Source of the DNA: an uncultured Ectothiorhodospiraceae bacterium
GTDB lineage: Bacteria > Pseudomonadota > Gammaproteobacteria > UBA9214
Direction of reading: 5' to 3'
NCBI GenBank assembly: GCA_947258515.1
Contig: CAMYIO010000013.1
Location: 760 to 64,759, forward strand
DNA length: 64,000 nt
The notes beneath the pieces were generated by a model. The model saw nothing but the letters and a program-made list of their open reading frames with translations, searched no databases and was not told the DNA's origin. A program made the translations under genes and the position numbers. This document shows positions 1-9,562 of this stretch, piece after piece. Position 1 is the stretch's first letter. Each line of letters begins with the position of its first letter.

Positions 1-264
1 GGCATTTTCCTTACTACACTGCTGTTGATCTTTGTTGCCGAGTTTGGTGACAAAACACAGATCGCGGTAGCAGGATTGGCAGGTAGTTTCGATCCTTTGT
101 CGGTGTGGTTAGGCGCCACCACTGCACTGGTCATGGTCTCGGCACTCGGAGTCTGGGCCGGACGCACCGTGTTGCAGCGCCTCCCACTTCATTGGATTCA
201 CCGAATAAGCGGAGGGGTCTTCCTGCTATTCGCCTTGCTGGCGGCTTGGCGAGCCCTTGCCTGA
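1..264 (+). CDS. UPF0016/GDT1(TMEM165)-family membrane protein, C-terminal part; 5' end upstream of window
   Basis: Open in frame from nt 1. AEFGDKTQ (E-x-G-D-K-T) signature and hydrophobic segments typical of UPF0016. Confidence 0.7.
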   Translation, partial: GIFLTTLLLIFVAEFGDKTQIAVAGLAGSFDPLSVWLGATTALVMVSALGVWAGRTVLQRLPLHWIHRISGGVFLLFALLAAWRALA

Positions 265-418
265 AATTACTCTGAGATACCCAGATTCACATCACCAGGG
301 TATTTGCCCTTCTAGGTCTGGAAAGCCCTCGCAACCTGTCGTTCCCTAACCTGTGGGCTACTTCCGAAAAGCCGCAACGGATAGGGGTAGGGAACGGCGA
401 TCGCCGTCCCCTCCCTCC

Positions 419-451
419 GAACCCGGTGTGCGGTTTTCCCGCGACGGGCTC
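419..451 (-). ncRNA. group II intron domain V catalytic hairpin
   Basis: Minus-strand GAGCCCGTCGCGG-GAAAA-CCGCACACCGGGTTC. It has the AGC triad, a 2-nt AC bulge, and a 14-bp stem with a GAAA-type loop. Confidence 0.7.
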
Positions 452-468
452 TCCAGTCGGTTTTTTCC

Positions 469-1100
469 TCATCGGGATTGGCGCGCTAATCGATGGGTTT
501 CTGACATCGTGAACAACCCAAGATCGGCGAAGAAAGCATTCGGCCATTGTTTGTGATCGCGTAGGCATCGTCCTTGACCCGGTCGGTGCTTCTGCCGGCG
601 CAGCATTGCCCTCAAGCGACGGCGAACAAATCCGTCGATTGACGAGAAAGTGAACCGGTGTGCATGTTGGAAGTAGCCGTACCAGCCTCGCAGAGTCGGG
701 TTAAGAGACGCAATCACGTACTCGATGGATTTCCCCTCGTTACGTTTAGTCTTGGCGCGGATTTTATCCCGCAATGACATTAGACTTTTCTTGCGTACCC
801 AACGCTTCCCTGCTTCAAACCGGTAACCCAGAAACTCGAACCCTTGACCTTCCACCCGACAGTCCCCAACATGGGTTTTGTCTGGATGGAGCATCAATCC
901 GTTCGCACTCACCCAAGCACGCACACGGGCCAGCGCCGATTCCGCTTCCTCCCGACTGCGACACAACACCACGGCGTCATCGGCGTAACGCAACATCACC
1001 AATCCGGCTTCCCGCATTTCTACGTCAAGCTCGTGAAGGTAAATATTGGCAAGCAAGGGGCTGATTACCGCCCCTTGCGGACTGCCAGCTCGGCCTTGGA
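469..1100 (-). pseudogene. group II intron-encoded reverse transcriptase/maturase, N-terminally truncated (RT 0-4 absent, no endonuclease domain)
   Basis: ORF 469..1344 is chimeric. Only the C-terminal ~210 aa are RT/maturase-like. Residues upstream of GSPQGAV are unrelated and the pspA frame differs. Confidence 0.75.
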
Positions 1101-1223
1101 TTCCCATTCGCTCGCCTCTTTCTCGATGGCGGCCAGTTTGCGGTTGAGCTCTTTCTTGTCGGCGATGGAACGCGCCGCTGCCGAACGCACCTCGACCAGC
1201 GTGTCCTCCATTTCCTGAATCAT
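1065..1223 (-). pseudogene. pspA: pspA (phage-shock protein A / IM30) internal fragment, roughly residues 33-84; no N- or C-terminal parts
   Basis: Translation [52 protein letters not shown] closely matches E. coli PspA [25 protein letters not shown]...WQEKAELALLKER. Stops flank it on both sides. Confidence 0.6.
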
Positions 1224-1234
1224 GCATCAATAGC

Positions 1235-1272
1235 GGCGACCTTCGTTCATTCGTTGGTCGCCGTTTTTCTTT
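1235..1272 (+). terminator. orphan intrinsic terminator-like hairpin (GGCGACC-N13-GGTCGCC + TTTTTCTTT)
   Basis: 7-bp GC-rich stem followed by a T-run on the + strand. There is no + strand gene immediately upstream. Confidence 0.45.
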
Positions 1273-1690
1273 GAGGTTGAAGATCATATTTTGGCTGGCA
1301 GTCAACGTACGATAGCAGGACGGGAACGTCCGGAGTTGCGGCATTGCTGACCTACAGATGTCTGTTGGGGAACGGCAAGTCCTGGGCCAACTTACCCGTT
1401 CAAAATTACGCCAACGCCAGACTCTGTTAGTCTAGCGAATGGCAGGTTTCCGTACGACCCCGGTCCTTTATGTCACGCACATTGGATTCTACACCCCACA
1501 ATACACGTTATGGAAAAGAGCCATCATGGCAGCCAATAAAATCCGACACTTATTCCAGAAATGCTTTACATAACACTACCGGAAGGTTAGGAAGAAAGCA
1601 CAGGTGCCATGGACTCCGGCAATTCGCGACATGACACAGAAAGCCCCCTGTCGTCCCCCTGAAAATGGATTTCAGAGGCCCCGGCAGGCG

Positions 1691-2053
1691 TCAGTATTTG
1701 AGCCATTCGAGTGCAGCTTCCTCTTCACTGAAGTGAAAATGCCGCACCTTGGGATTCACAAAGTAACCGATGATTTTTTGTAGCATGTAAAGCAGTTTAC
1801 TGTTGGATACGGTTGCGACTTTCTCAACACTTTTGTGGTGATCCCTTATAAATTTGATGTGCGAGCCAATACTGGCAATGTCTTTCCAGCCAGAGAACGT
1901 CTCGGTGTAGATCATCATCCCCTTGAGGTCCCCGTTCTTTTCAATATAGGGATCGACCCGCCGGGCAAACTCATCAATGTCGGCCGTCTCCAGCGGACCT
2001 GCAGGTGACAAAACAAAGATCCCAAGATCATGTACCAGCTCATGGTTGAGCAT
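1691..2053 (-). CDS. STAS/SpoIIAA-like small protein (DUF3478-like), 120 aa
   Basis: AAGGAGAAAAATA-ATG RBS at the internal Met (MLNHELVHD). Low-GC coding region. Fold call is from sequence pattern only. Confidence 0.55.
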   Translation of the reverse strand: MLNHELVHDLGIFVLSPAGPLETADIDEFARRVDPYIEKNGDLKGMMIYTETFSGWKDIASIGSHIKFIRDHHKSVEKVATVSNSKLLYMLQKIIGYFVNPKVRHFHFSEEEAALEWLKY

Positions 2054-2307
2054 TATTTTTCTCCTTGAAGAAACCTTGTTGGCATAGCGTATCCTAACCA
2101 TAGAAAAAAAATCACGCTTTGTCCCCGGTATTATCGAAAATCGGCACAATCCGCATCAGACCCGGGTTCTGGAACGGCCGATAATTCCTATTTTTATATT
2201 CAATTACAATATGTTGCATTTATTTCCTGTTATTGCTTCACTGCCGGCAAACAGCGGCAACATGACACACAAGCAGCGCTTGTCTGGACAGGACCTGGAA
2301 CTGGCGC

Positions 2308-3408
2308 TCAAAACACGATGACGAGCTGTGCAGCAACAAGATGCCGGGAATCGATTGGGTTGTCGTCATCATCAAAAACGAAATCGTTCTTGTACACACC
2401 GTAAAGGTAATCAACAGAGAGATTGACGCGGTAGCCGATCAGCCAAGTCGCGGACACTCCGTATTGCAATTCCGGCTCATCTGGAACCTCGCCACTGGTT
2501 TCGACACGGGCCGCAAACTGGAAATCGTTGAGCGGAAACCAGGCCACTTCAAGGTTGGCGGCCCAGGGCCGGTCTTCTTCGGGCTCAAGCTCATCGAAAT
2601 CACGGATCGCACCGAGATACTCGGCAGTAATTTCGTATGTCTCCCTGCCGATCAGTGCGTTGACATTAATACCACCCACACGGCGCAGGTACTTGTTATT
2701 GAAATCATCAAGGTATTGCTCATCGGTTTCAGCCATGTCCGAAAAATAACCTGCACTGAGCTTTAGCGACTCGTCTTCAGAGGCATACTCAAACCCGCCA
2801 CCCCAGTCGACCTTTCGTCCTGACTCGCCCCAGTTATCCGCATTGCTATCGAGTCCATAGGCAAATACATCAACCGCGTCAGTCAGTTCATAATCCGCAA
2901 CCAGCGCATAGCCACGCGTCTCTCCGAACTCGAGTATCGGACCGGTCACAAAATGACTATAGAATTCTCCGAAGGGTATATACAATTTACCGGCCTCGAT
3001 ACCGAACGATTCCCCTTCATAGCTCAAAATTCCTTCGTCTATAATTGAATAATTGGAATTAACCTCGTACTCAAAAACAAACTCCGCGGCGACCCGTTCC
3101 GACAGGGTAAAATTCAGGCCGAGTTGCAGCGACGCAAGTGTAACGTCACCGCTTTCACCGGATTTATTATCGCCTGACAAATTAAAGTGCTCGAATTCAC
3201 TCTCGACCTCGGCCAGACCGGAAACACTCAACCAGTCGGTAAGCTTCCGGCCCAGGCCTGCCTCACGCCGTTCCGAGGGAGACCGGTAGAGCTTGGGAGT
3301 TTTTTCAACTTGCGGCTCTGCAATATCCTCTATCACATCCCCTGCATACACGGCCCCGAACAACAACGGCAGACTGAAGGTCAGGAAGGCAGCAGATAGC
3401 GCTCTCAT
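2308..3408 (-). CDS. outer-membrane beta-barrel porin (signal peptide, C-terminal Phe; LbtU-like porin family suspected)
   Basis: N-terminal signal peptide MRALSAAFLTFSLPLLFGAVYA. Alternating amphipathic strands. C-terminal ...LVIVF is an OMP signature. Confidence 0.6.
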   Translation of the reverse strand: MRALSAAFLTFSLPLLFGAVYAGDVIEDIAEPQVEKTPKLYRSPSERREAGLGRKLTDWLSVSGLAEVESEFEHFNLSGDNKSGESGDVTLASLQLGLNFTLSERVAAEFVFEYEVNSNYSIIDEGILSYEGESFGIEAGKLYIPFGEFYSHFVTGPILEFGETRGYALVADYELTDAVDVFAYGLDSNADNWGESGRKVDWGGGFEYASEDESLKLSAGYFSDMAETDEQYLDDFNNKYLRRVGGINVNALIGRETYEITAEYLGAIRDFDELEPEEDRPWAANLEVAWFPLNDFQFAARVETSGEVPDEPELQYGVSATWLIGYRVNLSVDYLYGVYKNDFVFDDDDNPIDSRHLVAAQLVIVF

Positions 3409-3576
3409 GTGCCGAAGTGTACCTGTGTTTTCACCCGTATTTCAGCAAAGTTAACCAATTGGTAATGCGATTTACCCAGAATTTCCGGGACGGGACATTA
3501 TTAAGTTCATATACTTGTTACAGCATTATGACAAAGTCAATTCGGACTTTTATAAAGGTAACCACGGGTAGTCGAT

Positions 3577-4248
3577 ATGAGACTGCTGTTAATTGAAGAC
3601 GATGAAAAGATCGCCTCGTTCATCATTAAAGGCATGAAAGAAGCGGGCTTCCGGATCGAACACGCGGCTGATGGCGAAACCGGTCTTGCAATGGCGTCCA
3701 GCGGGGATTTCGACGGTGCCATTATCGACCTGATGCTGCCAAAGCTGGATGGACTGTCGATTATTGAAACCATCAGGGACCGCAGGATAGCGCTGCCCGT
3801 AATCATCCTGAGCGCAAAGCGTTCTATTGACGACCGTGTCAAGGGACTGCAACTCGGGGGCGACGACTACCTGACCAAGCCGTTTGCCTTCTCGGAACTG
3901 CTTGCACGGGTACAGTCACTACTGCGCAGGGTTAATGGCACGGTTGAGGCCACCAGCCTGACGCTGGACGATCTGTCCATCGATTTGCTTGCAAGAACCG
4001 TTAACAGGGGCGGGAAAAAGATCGACCTGCAGCCCAAGGAATTCTCACTGCTGGAGTACCTGATGCGCAATGCCGGACGGGTGGTTTCCAAGACCATGAT
4101 CATGGAACGTGTCTGGGATTACAGTTTTGATCCACAAACAAACGTGGTCGAGGCACGTGTCTGCCGGCTCAGGGACAAGATTGACAAGGGCTTCGACAAA
4201 CAGCTGATTCACACGGTTCGCGGACTCGGCTATGTCATCAAGAAATAG
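3577..4248 (+). CDS. OmpR-family response regulator, heavy-metal (CusR/CopR-like) subfamily
   Basis: REC domain with phosphoacceptor Asp and a winged-helix C-terminus. Strong similarity to CusR (KGLxLGADDYLxKPFAFxELLARV). Confidence 0.9.
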   Translation: MRLLLIEDDEKIASFIIKGMKEAGFRIEHAADGETGLAMASSGDFDGAIIDLMLPKLDGLSIIETIRDRRIALPVIILSAKRSIDDRVKGLQLGGDDYLTKPFAFSELLARVQSLLRRVNGTVEATSLTLDDLSIDLLARTVNRGGKKIDLQPKEFSLLEYLMRNAGRVVSKTMIMERVWDYSFDPQTNVVEARVCRLRDKIDKGFDKQLIHTVRGLGYVIKK

Positions 4249-5626
4249 CAAACAAAGGACGCTGGCCTCACGACTGACGATCTGGAACGCGGCGATCTAT
4301 ATCGTCTTCTTTGGCAGCGCATTTCTGCTGTTTTACCTGTCGATCGGCAATATTCTGCACAATTTGCTCGATGAGGACATGGTAGAAGACATTACCGACT
4401 TCCGCATGCTACTCGAAGAGGACGGCTTTAGCGGGGTAACGACCGAGATAGAGCGCGAAATTTATGCCGATGGCCCCGAAAACAGTTTTTTCAGGGTCAT
4501 GGACGAAGATGGCAACACGGTGTTTTCATCAGACCTGTCCGCCTGGGATGAAGCCGTGGTTGATACTGTTTTACTCGAACAGTTTGCAGAGGATTCCGAG
4601 CCCGTACTGGTTACGATTGCCGCGCCTGACAGGGACTATGACGCACGGGTTGTCTACGGCTGGATTGGCCCTGACATGATCATGCAAACCGGCGAGTCCA
4701 TGGAAGAGATACAGGAATTATTGACACTGCTGTCGACGATTTTTGCGTTCACCTTTGCTGTCGTTGTCGTGTTCGCCTCGATCACAGGGTGGTTGCTGGC
4801 ACGACGCGCCCTGCGCGGGGTCGAGGAAGTCAGTCGCGTCGCCGTCGATGTCGCCAATGGAACACTGGACCGACGTATGCTTGCCAAAACAGAAGGTGCC
4901 GAAATCGAACGACTTGCATCCACCTTCAACACCATGCTTGACCGGATTGATACCCTGATGTCAGGCATGCGTGAAATGACAGACAATGTTGCACACGACA
5001 TGCGCAGCCCGCTTGCCCGGATCAGGGCAAACTCTGAAATGGTCCTCTCCGACACAACAACAATTGACGAGTTCCGTGCCTCAGCCGCCGACACGATCGA
5101 GGAATGCGACCGGCTTATGCACATGATCAACACCACCCTGGACGTTGCCGAGGCCGAGGCAGGTGCTGCAAGACTGAGCATGGAAAGCATCGATCTTTCG
5201 CGGGTTGCCGAGGATGCCTGCGAGCTGTTCGGGCCAATCGCCGAGGACAAGGGTATATCCCTGTCGTCCAGTATAGAACCGGGGTGCCACGTGCGGGGTA
5301 ATTTACAGATGCTGCAGCGCATGCTGGCGAACCTGCTGGACAACGCACTCAAGTACTCCGAACGTAACAGCCGCGTCACGGTTGGCGTAAATGCCCGGGA
5401 CAATACCGTGCTGGTGTCCGTACGTGACGAAGGGACAGGTATCTCCCAACAGGACCTGAAGAAAATATTTGACCGCTATTTCAGGTGTGACGAAAGCCGC
5501 AGCAAAAGCGGCTGCGGGCTTGGCCTCAGCCTGGTGCGTGCGGTCACCATGGCGCATGGCGGCAGTATCGATGTAGTCAGCGCCGCGGGGACTGGCAGCG
5601 AATTCAGAATTACATTGCCTGCCTGA
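4232..5626 (+). CDS. sensor histidine kinase, CusS-like (2 TM, periplasmic sensor, HAMP, HisKA, HATPase)
   Basis: H-box HDMRSPLARI and N/G boxes. Overlaps the response-regulator stop (operon). Confidence 0.9.
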   Translation: MSSRNSKQRTLASRLTIWNAAIYIVFFGSAFLLFYLSIGNILHNLLDEDMVEDITDFRMLLEEDGFSGVTTEIEREIYADGPENSFFRVMDEDGNTVFSSDLSAWDEAVVDTVLLEQFAEDSEPVLVTIAAPDRDYDARVVYGWIGPDMIMQTGESMEEIQELLTLLSTIFAFTFAVVVVFASITGWLLARRALRGVEEVSRVAVDVANGTLDRRMLAKTEGAEIERLASTFNTMLDRIDTLMSGMREMTDNVAHDMRSPLARIRANSEMVLSDTTTIDEFRASAADTIEECDRLMHMINTTLDVAEAEAGAARLSMESIDLSRVAEDACELFGPIAEDKGISLSSSIEPGCHVRGNLQMLQRMLANLLDNALKYSERNSRVTVGVNARDNTVLVSVRDEGTGISQQDLKKIFDRYFRCDESRSKSGCGLGLSLVRAVTMAHGGSIDVVSAAGTGSEFRITLPA

Positions 5627-5757
5627 CGCGACTGCATCCGGCAACGGGGCAGCTGTCATCACGCCCCGACTGAAGACGACTGGCAGCAGGCCGGGGCAGC
5701 CCTGCCATTCACCGACACACACGGCTGCCTGGCAGACCAGGGCAAGCATTAAAACTG

Positions 5758-7266
5758 TTGCAACGACCGTGGTATCCTTCCCCATTTATTTCCCAGGAGC
5801 ACTTACTAGTGACACAGCTGTTTAGCCGCGGCCTGCTGGCCATCATCGCGCTTTCCCTGTTTCCGGTCATCGCACTCGGCGCCTCCGCAGAGACCCAGAG
5901 GCTTGACCTCACAACGGCAACCGTCGGAATGGCCGCACTGGCGATTTTCATACTGGCTTATATCGTCGTGATGTCCGAGGAATTCACGCACCTGAGAAAA
6001 TCCAAACCGGTCATTCTCGCCGCCGGCGTCATCTGGGGCATGATTGCCTATGTGTATGCCGGGAACGGCGATTTCCATAGCGTAGAAACCGCGCTAAGAC
6101 ATAATTTGCAGGAATTTTCCGAACTGTTCCTGTTCCTGCTCGCTGCCATGACCTATGTCAATGCCATGGATGAGCGCCAGGTGTTTGAAGCATTGCGTAC
6201 CCGCCTGGTGCGCAGGGGGTTCGGTTACCATAGCCTGTTCTGGCTGACCGGCTTCCTCGCCTTCTTTCTGTCCCCCATCATCGATAACCTGACAACCGCA
6301 CTGGTGATGTGCGCGGTGCTGATGGCCGTGGGCAAGGACAACAAACGTTTTGTCGGTCTCGGCTGTGTCAATATCGTGGTCGCTGCCAATTCCGGTGGCG
6401 CCTTTTCACCCTTCGGTGACATTACCACCCTGATGGTGTGGCAAAAGGGGCTCGTCGACTTCAGCATGTTCTTCAAGTTGTTCGTGCCTTCGCTGGTCAA
6501 CTTCCTGGTACCTGCAGCCATCATGCATTTCGCCATCCCGAAGGGGAAACCCGCCGCTGACGACAAGATCGTCACCATGCGACGGGGTGCGACACGCATC
6601 ATTATACTCTTCGGTTGCACCATCCTTACCGCGGTCAGTTTCCACAATTATCTGCATCTGCCGCCGTTCCTGGGCATGATGACCGGACTGGCCTACCTGC
6701 AGTTCTTCAGCTATTACCTGAAGAAGACACGCGCCACCATGACACCAGACCCAAGCGCCTTCGGCGGAGTCGGCGACATCACCATGGGTGACTCATCCGA
6801 GGACAGTTATGACTTTTTCAGCCGCCTGGCCCGCTCCGAGTGGGACACGCTGCTGTTCTTCTATGGCGTGGTGCTGTGCGTCGGTGGTCTGGGGTTTATC
6901 GGCTATCTGGAAAAGGTATCGGTGCTTATGTACGTTGACATGGGTCCGACTTTTGCCAATGTGACCGTCGGCGTGCTGTCCGCCATCGTGGATAATATTC
7001 CGGTGATGTTCGCCGTACTGAGCATGAACCCGGATATGGATCTGGGGCAGTGGCTGCTGGTGACACTGACCGCCGGTGTCGGTGGCAGTATGCTATCGAT
7101 CGGCTCTGCTGCCGGGGTCGCCCTGATGGGCCAGTCGCGCGGCCAGTACACCTTTTTCGGTCACCTCAAGTGGACGCCGGTGATTCTCATCGGCTATGCC
7201 GCCAGTATCATGGTACACATGTGGCTGAATGCCGATACGTTTGCGATCGCCGTACCCGCTGGCTGA
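5758..7266 (+). CDS. nhaD: Na+/H+ antiporter NhaD family
   Basis: Multi-TM permease with a conserved VMSEEFTHLRKSKPV block as in Vibrio NhaD. Start uncertain (possibly GTG ~5809). Confidence 0.8.
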   Translation: MQRPWYPSPFISQEHLLVTQLFSRGLLAIIALSLFPVIALGASAETQRLDLTTATVGMAALAIFILAYIVVMSEEFTHLRKSKPVILAAGVIWGMIAYVYAGNGDFHSVETALRHNLQEFSELFLFLLAAMTYVNAMDERQVFEALRTRLVRRGFGYHSLFWLTGFLAFFLSPIIDNLTTALVMCAVLMAVGKDNKRFVGLGCVNIVVAANSGGAFSPFGDITTLMVWQKGLVDFSMFFKLFVPSLVNFLVPAAIMHFAIPKGKPAADDKIVTMRRGATRIIILFGCTILTAVSFHNYLHLPPFLGMMTGLAYLQFFSYYLKKTRATMTPDPSAFGGVGDITMGDSSEDSYDFFSRLARSEWDTLLFFYGVVLCVGGLGFIGYLEKVSVLMYVDMGPTFANVTVGVLSAIVDNIPVMFAVLSMNPDMDLGQWLLVTLTAGVGGSMLSIGSAAGVALMGQSRGQYTFFGHLKWTPVILIGYAASIMVHMWLNADTFAIAVPAG

Positions 7267-7269
7267 TGC

Positions 7270-7998
7270 CTACGACACGACCGTGTCAGTCTCAAGACGA
7301 CGCCATACGCTGCTGCCGTCACAGGCCTTGTCGATGGCATCCAGCCGCGCTGCATGCGCCTGCATCTCTGCCTCATCAGCCCTGATGACAGGCAATGGCT
7401 TGCGATCTGCTGCGACTCGCTGGATGGTTGAACGTCGCTGGCCACTGCTGTCTACATGGCTGTCCAGTGACAGACTGACCTGCCCGCCGGTCATTGTCAG
7501 GTAAACATCGGCGAGGATTTCGGCATCCAGCAAGGCGCCGTGCAATTCACGTTGTGAATTATCGATTTCGTAGCGTCGGCACAGTGCATCCAGGCTATTG
7601 CGTTGCCCCGGATGCATGCGACGCGCCAGTGCCAGCGTGTCCAGCACCGTGCAGTGATCGTTCACACCGCCCGGGGAATCTTCCAGCAGCCTGAACTCGT
7701 GGTCGATGAAGCCCACATCAAAGGGCGCGTTGTGTATAACCAGCTCGGCACCGTCGATAAATTCAAGAAACTCTGCGGCAATATCCGTAAAGCGCGGCTT
7801 GTCAGCCAGCTTTTCATTGGTAATGCCATGGACTTCGATTGCGCCCGCATCGATCTCGCGGTCGGGCTGTATATACTGGTGATAGGTATTACCGGTCAGG
7901 CGCCGGTCATTCAGCTCCACGCAACCGATTTCAATAATGCGGTGGCCGTCAGCCGGTTCAAGACCGGTGGTCTCGGTATCGAGTACGATCTGGCGCAT
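7270..7998 (-). CDS. dnaQ: DNA polymerase III epsilon subunit (3'-5' exonuclease)
   Basis: Exo motifs DTETTG, HNAPFD and H-x4-D. Synteny with rnhA. Confidence 0.95.
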   Translation of the reverse strand: MRQIVLDTETTGLEPADGHRIIEIGCVELNDRRLTGNTYHQYIQPDREIDAGAIEVHGITNEKLADKPRFTDIAAEFLEFIDGAELVIHNAPFDVGFIDHEFRLLEDSPGGVNDHCTVLDTLALARRMHPGQRNSLDALCRRYEIDNSQRELHGALLDAEILADVYLTMTGGQVSLSLDSHVDSSGQRRSTIQRVAADRKPLPVIRADEAEMQAHAARLDAIDKACDGSSVWRRLETDTVVS

Positions 7999-8068
7999 GG
8001 TTAGTTTCCCTGATTAATCATCCGCAGGAGCGACTTGCATCATATTCCTGCGCCAAATAATAAAACTG

Positions 8069-8136
8069 GTAGGAGCGGATCGCATCCGCGATTATCCGCC
8101 AGGAAAAAGACATTCGCGGATGCGATCCGCTCCTAC
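8069..8136. repeat. REP-like palindromic element copy 1 (23-nt arms GTAGGAGCGGATCGCATCCGCGA); bidirectional terminator hairpin downstream of rnhA
   Basis: Perfect inverted arms with a 22-nt loop, followed by a T-rich tract on the minus strand. Confidence 0.8.
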
Positions 8137-8148
8137 AGTTTTTGATTA

Positions 8149-8595
8149 TTACAACAGTTCATCAATGGCCTTGTTCGCCAGCGCATCGGCCTGTTCGTTC
8201 TCGGCATGGCCGCTATGTCCCCTCACCCAGGCCCAGTCAATGTCATGAATCCGGGTCGCCTCGTCGAGCCGTTGCCAGAGATCGACATTCTTCACCGGTT
8301 TCCTTGCCGCCGTTTTCCAGCCACGCTTTTTCCAGTTGTGCAACCACTCCTGGATTCCTTTCATCACATACTGTGAATCCGTGGTCAGCCGCACCTTGCA
8401 GGGACGTGTCAGGCTCTCGAGTGCCTGGATAGCCGCCATCAGTTCCATGCGATTGTTGGTTGTTTCGGCTTCGGCACCGTACAGGGTCTTCACGTGGCCA
8501 TTGTGGCGCAACAGCACGCCCCAGCCACCCGGCCCCGGATTTCCACGGCAGGCGCCATCCGTGAAGATCTCTGTCTCAGTTGACACGCCGGACAT
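8149..8595 (-). CDS. rnhA: ribonuclease HI
   Basis: Full-length match to RnhA ([15 protein letters not shown] ... HSGHxxNEQADxLA). Confidence 0.95.
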   Translation of the reverse strand: MSGVSTETEIFTDGACRGNPGPGGWGVLLRHNGHVKTLYGAEAETTNNRMELMAAIQALESLTRPCKVRLTTDSQYVMKGIQEWLHNWKKRGWKTAARKPVKNVDLWQRLDEATRIHDIDWAWVRGHSGHAENEQADALANKAIDELL

Positions 8596-9349
8596 TGCCC
8601 TGACTGGAACTCGGGATACCCACCGGGAACAGGTGCCGGCGGCGGTGCAAACTGTTCAATGGTGTCATTACCACGGTACGTTTACGTGCAACCAGGATGT
8701 AACTGGCTGACAGGAATTTGCGGCCGTAACCACTGGATGGACCGTGCAGATGCAACCTTTCAAGCAGGCGTCTGCTCTGCAGTGGTGGCCGCTGGAACAG
8801 GTAGTGACAATGCAGCGTATCGAAACCCAGCAGACCCAGCCAGTCCTTGATGCGGTTCACACTGAGGAAATGCGCGTCCCAGGGCATTTCTTGCCGCTTG
8901 CGTGTCAGCACTCTCCTGACGCCCCAGAGACTGCGCGGGTTGAAACCCAGGATAACCAGGTGGCCATCCGGAATCAGGCTGCGGTCGGCCTCACGCAGCA
9001 CCTGGTGCGGGTCATCCGTTAATTCCAGGGTATGCGGCAGGATAATGGCATCAATCGAATCGCTCATGATGGGCCAGTCTTCGGTATAGCCACCCAGGCC
9101 CGCCTCCTGGTGCGTCAAAGGCTCGACACTCTGGATGACATGATGGGGAATGCGACTGTCTTGCAGGCGGCAGCGTTCCCAGGGTGGGTCAATCACCATC
9201 AAGTGGTAGCCAAACAACGTCGGTAATTCAACTTCCAGGGCCGCCAGTTCCGCCTCTGCCAGCAGGTTTCCCAGTGGACGCCGGTACCAGTGCCGCAACG
9301 AAGCAGCGCGGGATAATACCCGGGACGATACGTGGATATCCTTGCTCAT
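8576..9349 (-). CDS. yafS: class I SAM-dependent methyltransferase, YafS-like
   Basis: Similar to E. coli YafS (YGFHLL..., LPHTLE..., IARKRT). Conserved position next to rnhA. Confidence 0.8.
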   Translation of the reverse strand: MSKDIHVSSRVLSRAASLRHWYRRPLGNLLAEAELAALEVELPTLFGYHLMVIDPPWERCRLQDSRIPHHVIQSVEPLTHQEAGLGGYTEDWPIMSDSIDAIILPHTLELTDDPHQVLREADRSLIPDGHLVILGFNPRSLWGVRRVLTRKRQEMPWDAHFLSVNRIKDWLGLLGFDTLHCHYLFQRPPLQSRRLLERLHLHGPSSGYGRKFLSASYILVARKRTVVMTPLNSLHRRRHLFPVGIPSSSQGNVRRVN

Positions 9350-9562
9350 GACGTGGGAATGATACCGTATTTGAGCGTCAATGGCCGCACGGATTCAGCT
9401 CTATACTGGAAGTGATATTGACCCGCTTCGATCGGCCTGTCAGCATATCAGGCCCGTTACCAGTCCCGGTGGCGCGATTTAGAATGGCGGGGCCAGCCAA
9501 CAGTGACCGGGTTCACACATGCCACCTCAAGGCACCTTTAAACGGCGTCGATTACTTTCTTC

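Larger units (their letters stand above)
365..1100 (-). mobile_element. 5'-truncated group II intron remnant: IEP RT domains 5-7 + maturase X, then intron RNA domains V and VI
   Basis: The IEP fragment has SPQGAVISPLLANIYLHELD, YADD and an LRGWYGYF domain-X motif. Canonical domain V lies 18 nt downstream of the IEP stop, followed by a domain VI-like hairpin. Confidence 0.75.

Noticed and set aside
1235-1272. Hairpin plus T-run as the target terminator of a class C group II intron
   Set aside because: Class C introns insert downstream of terminators in the same orientation. The intron remnant here is on the opposite strand and separated by the pspA fragment.
469-1344. ORF 469..1344 as an intact 291-aa reverse transcriptase
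   Set aside because: Only the C-terminal ~210 aa are RT/maturase-like. The N-terminal 80 aa are out-of-frame read-through of a pspA fragment and a hairpin. RT domains 0-4 are absent.
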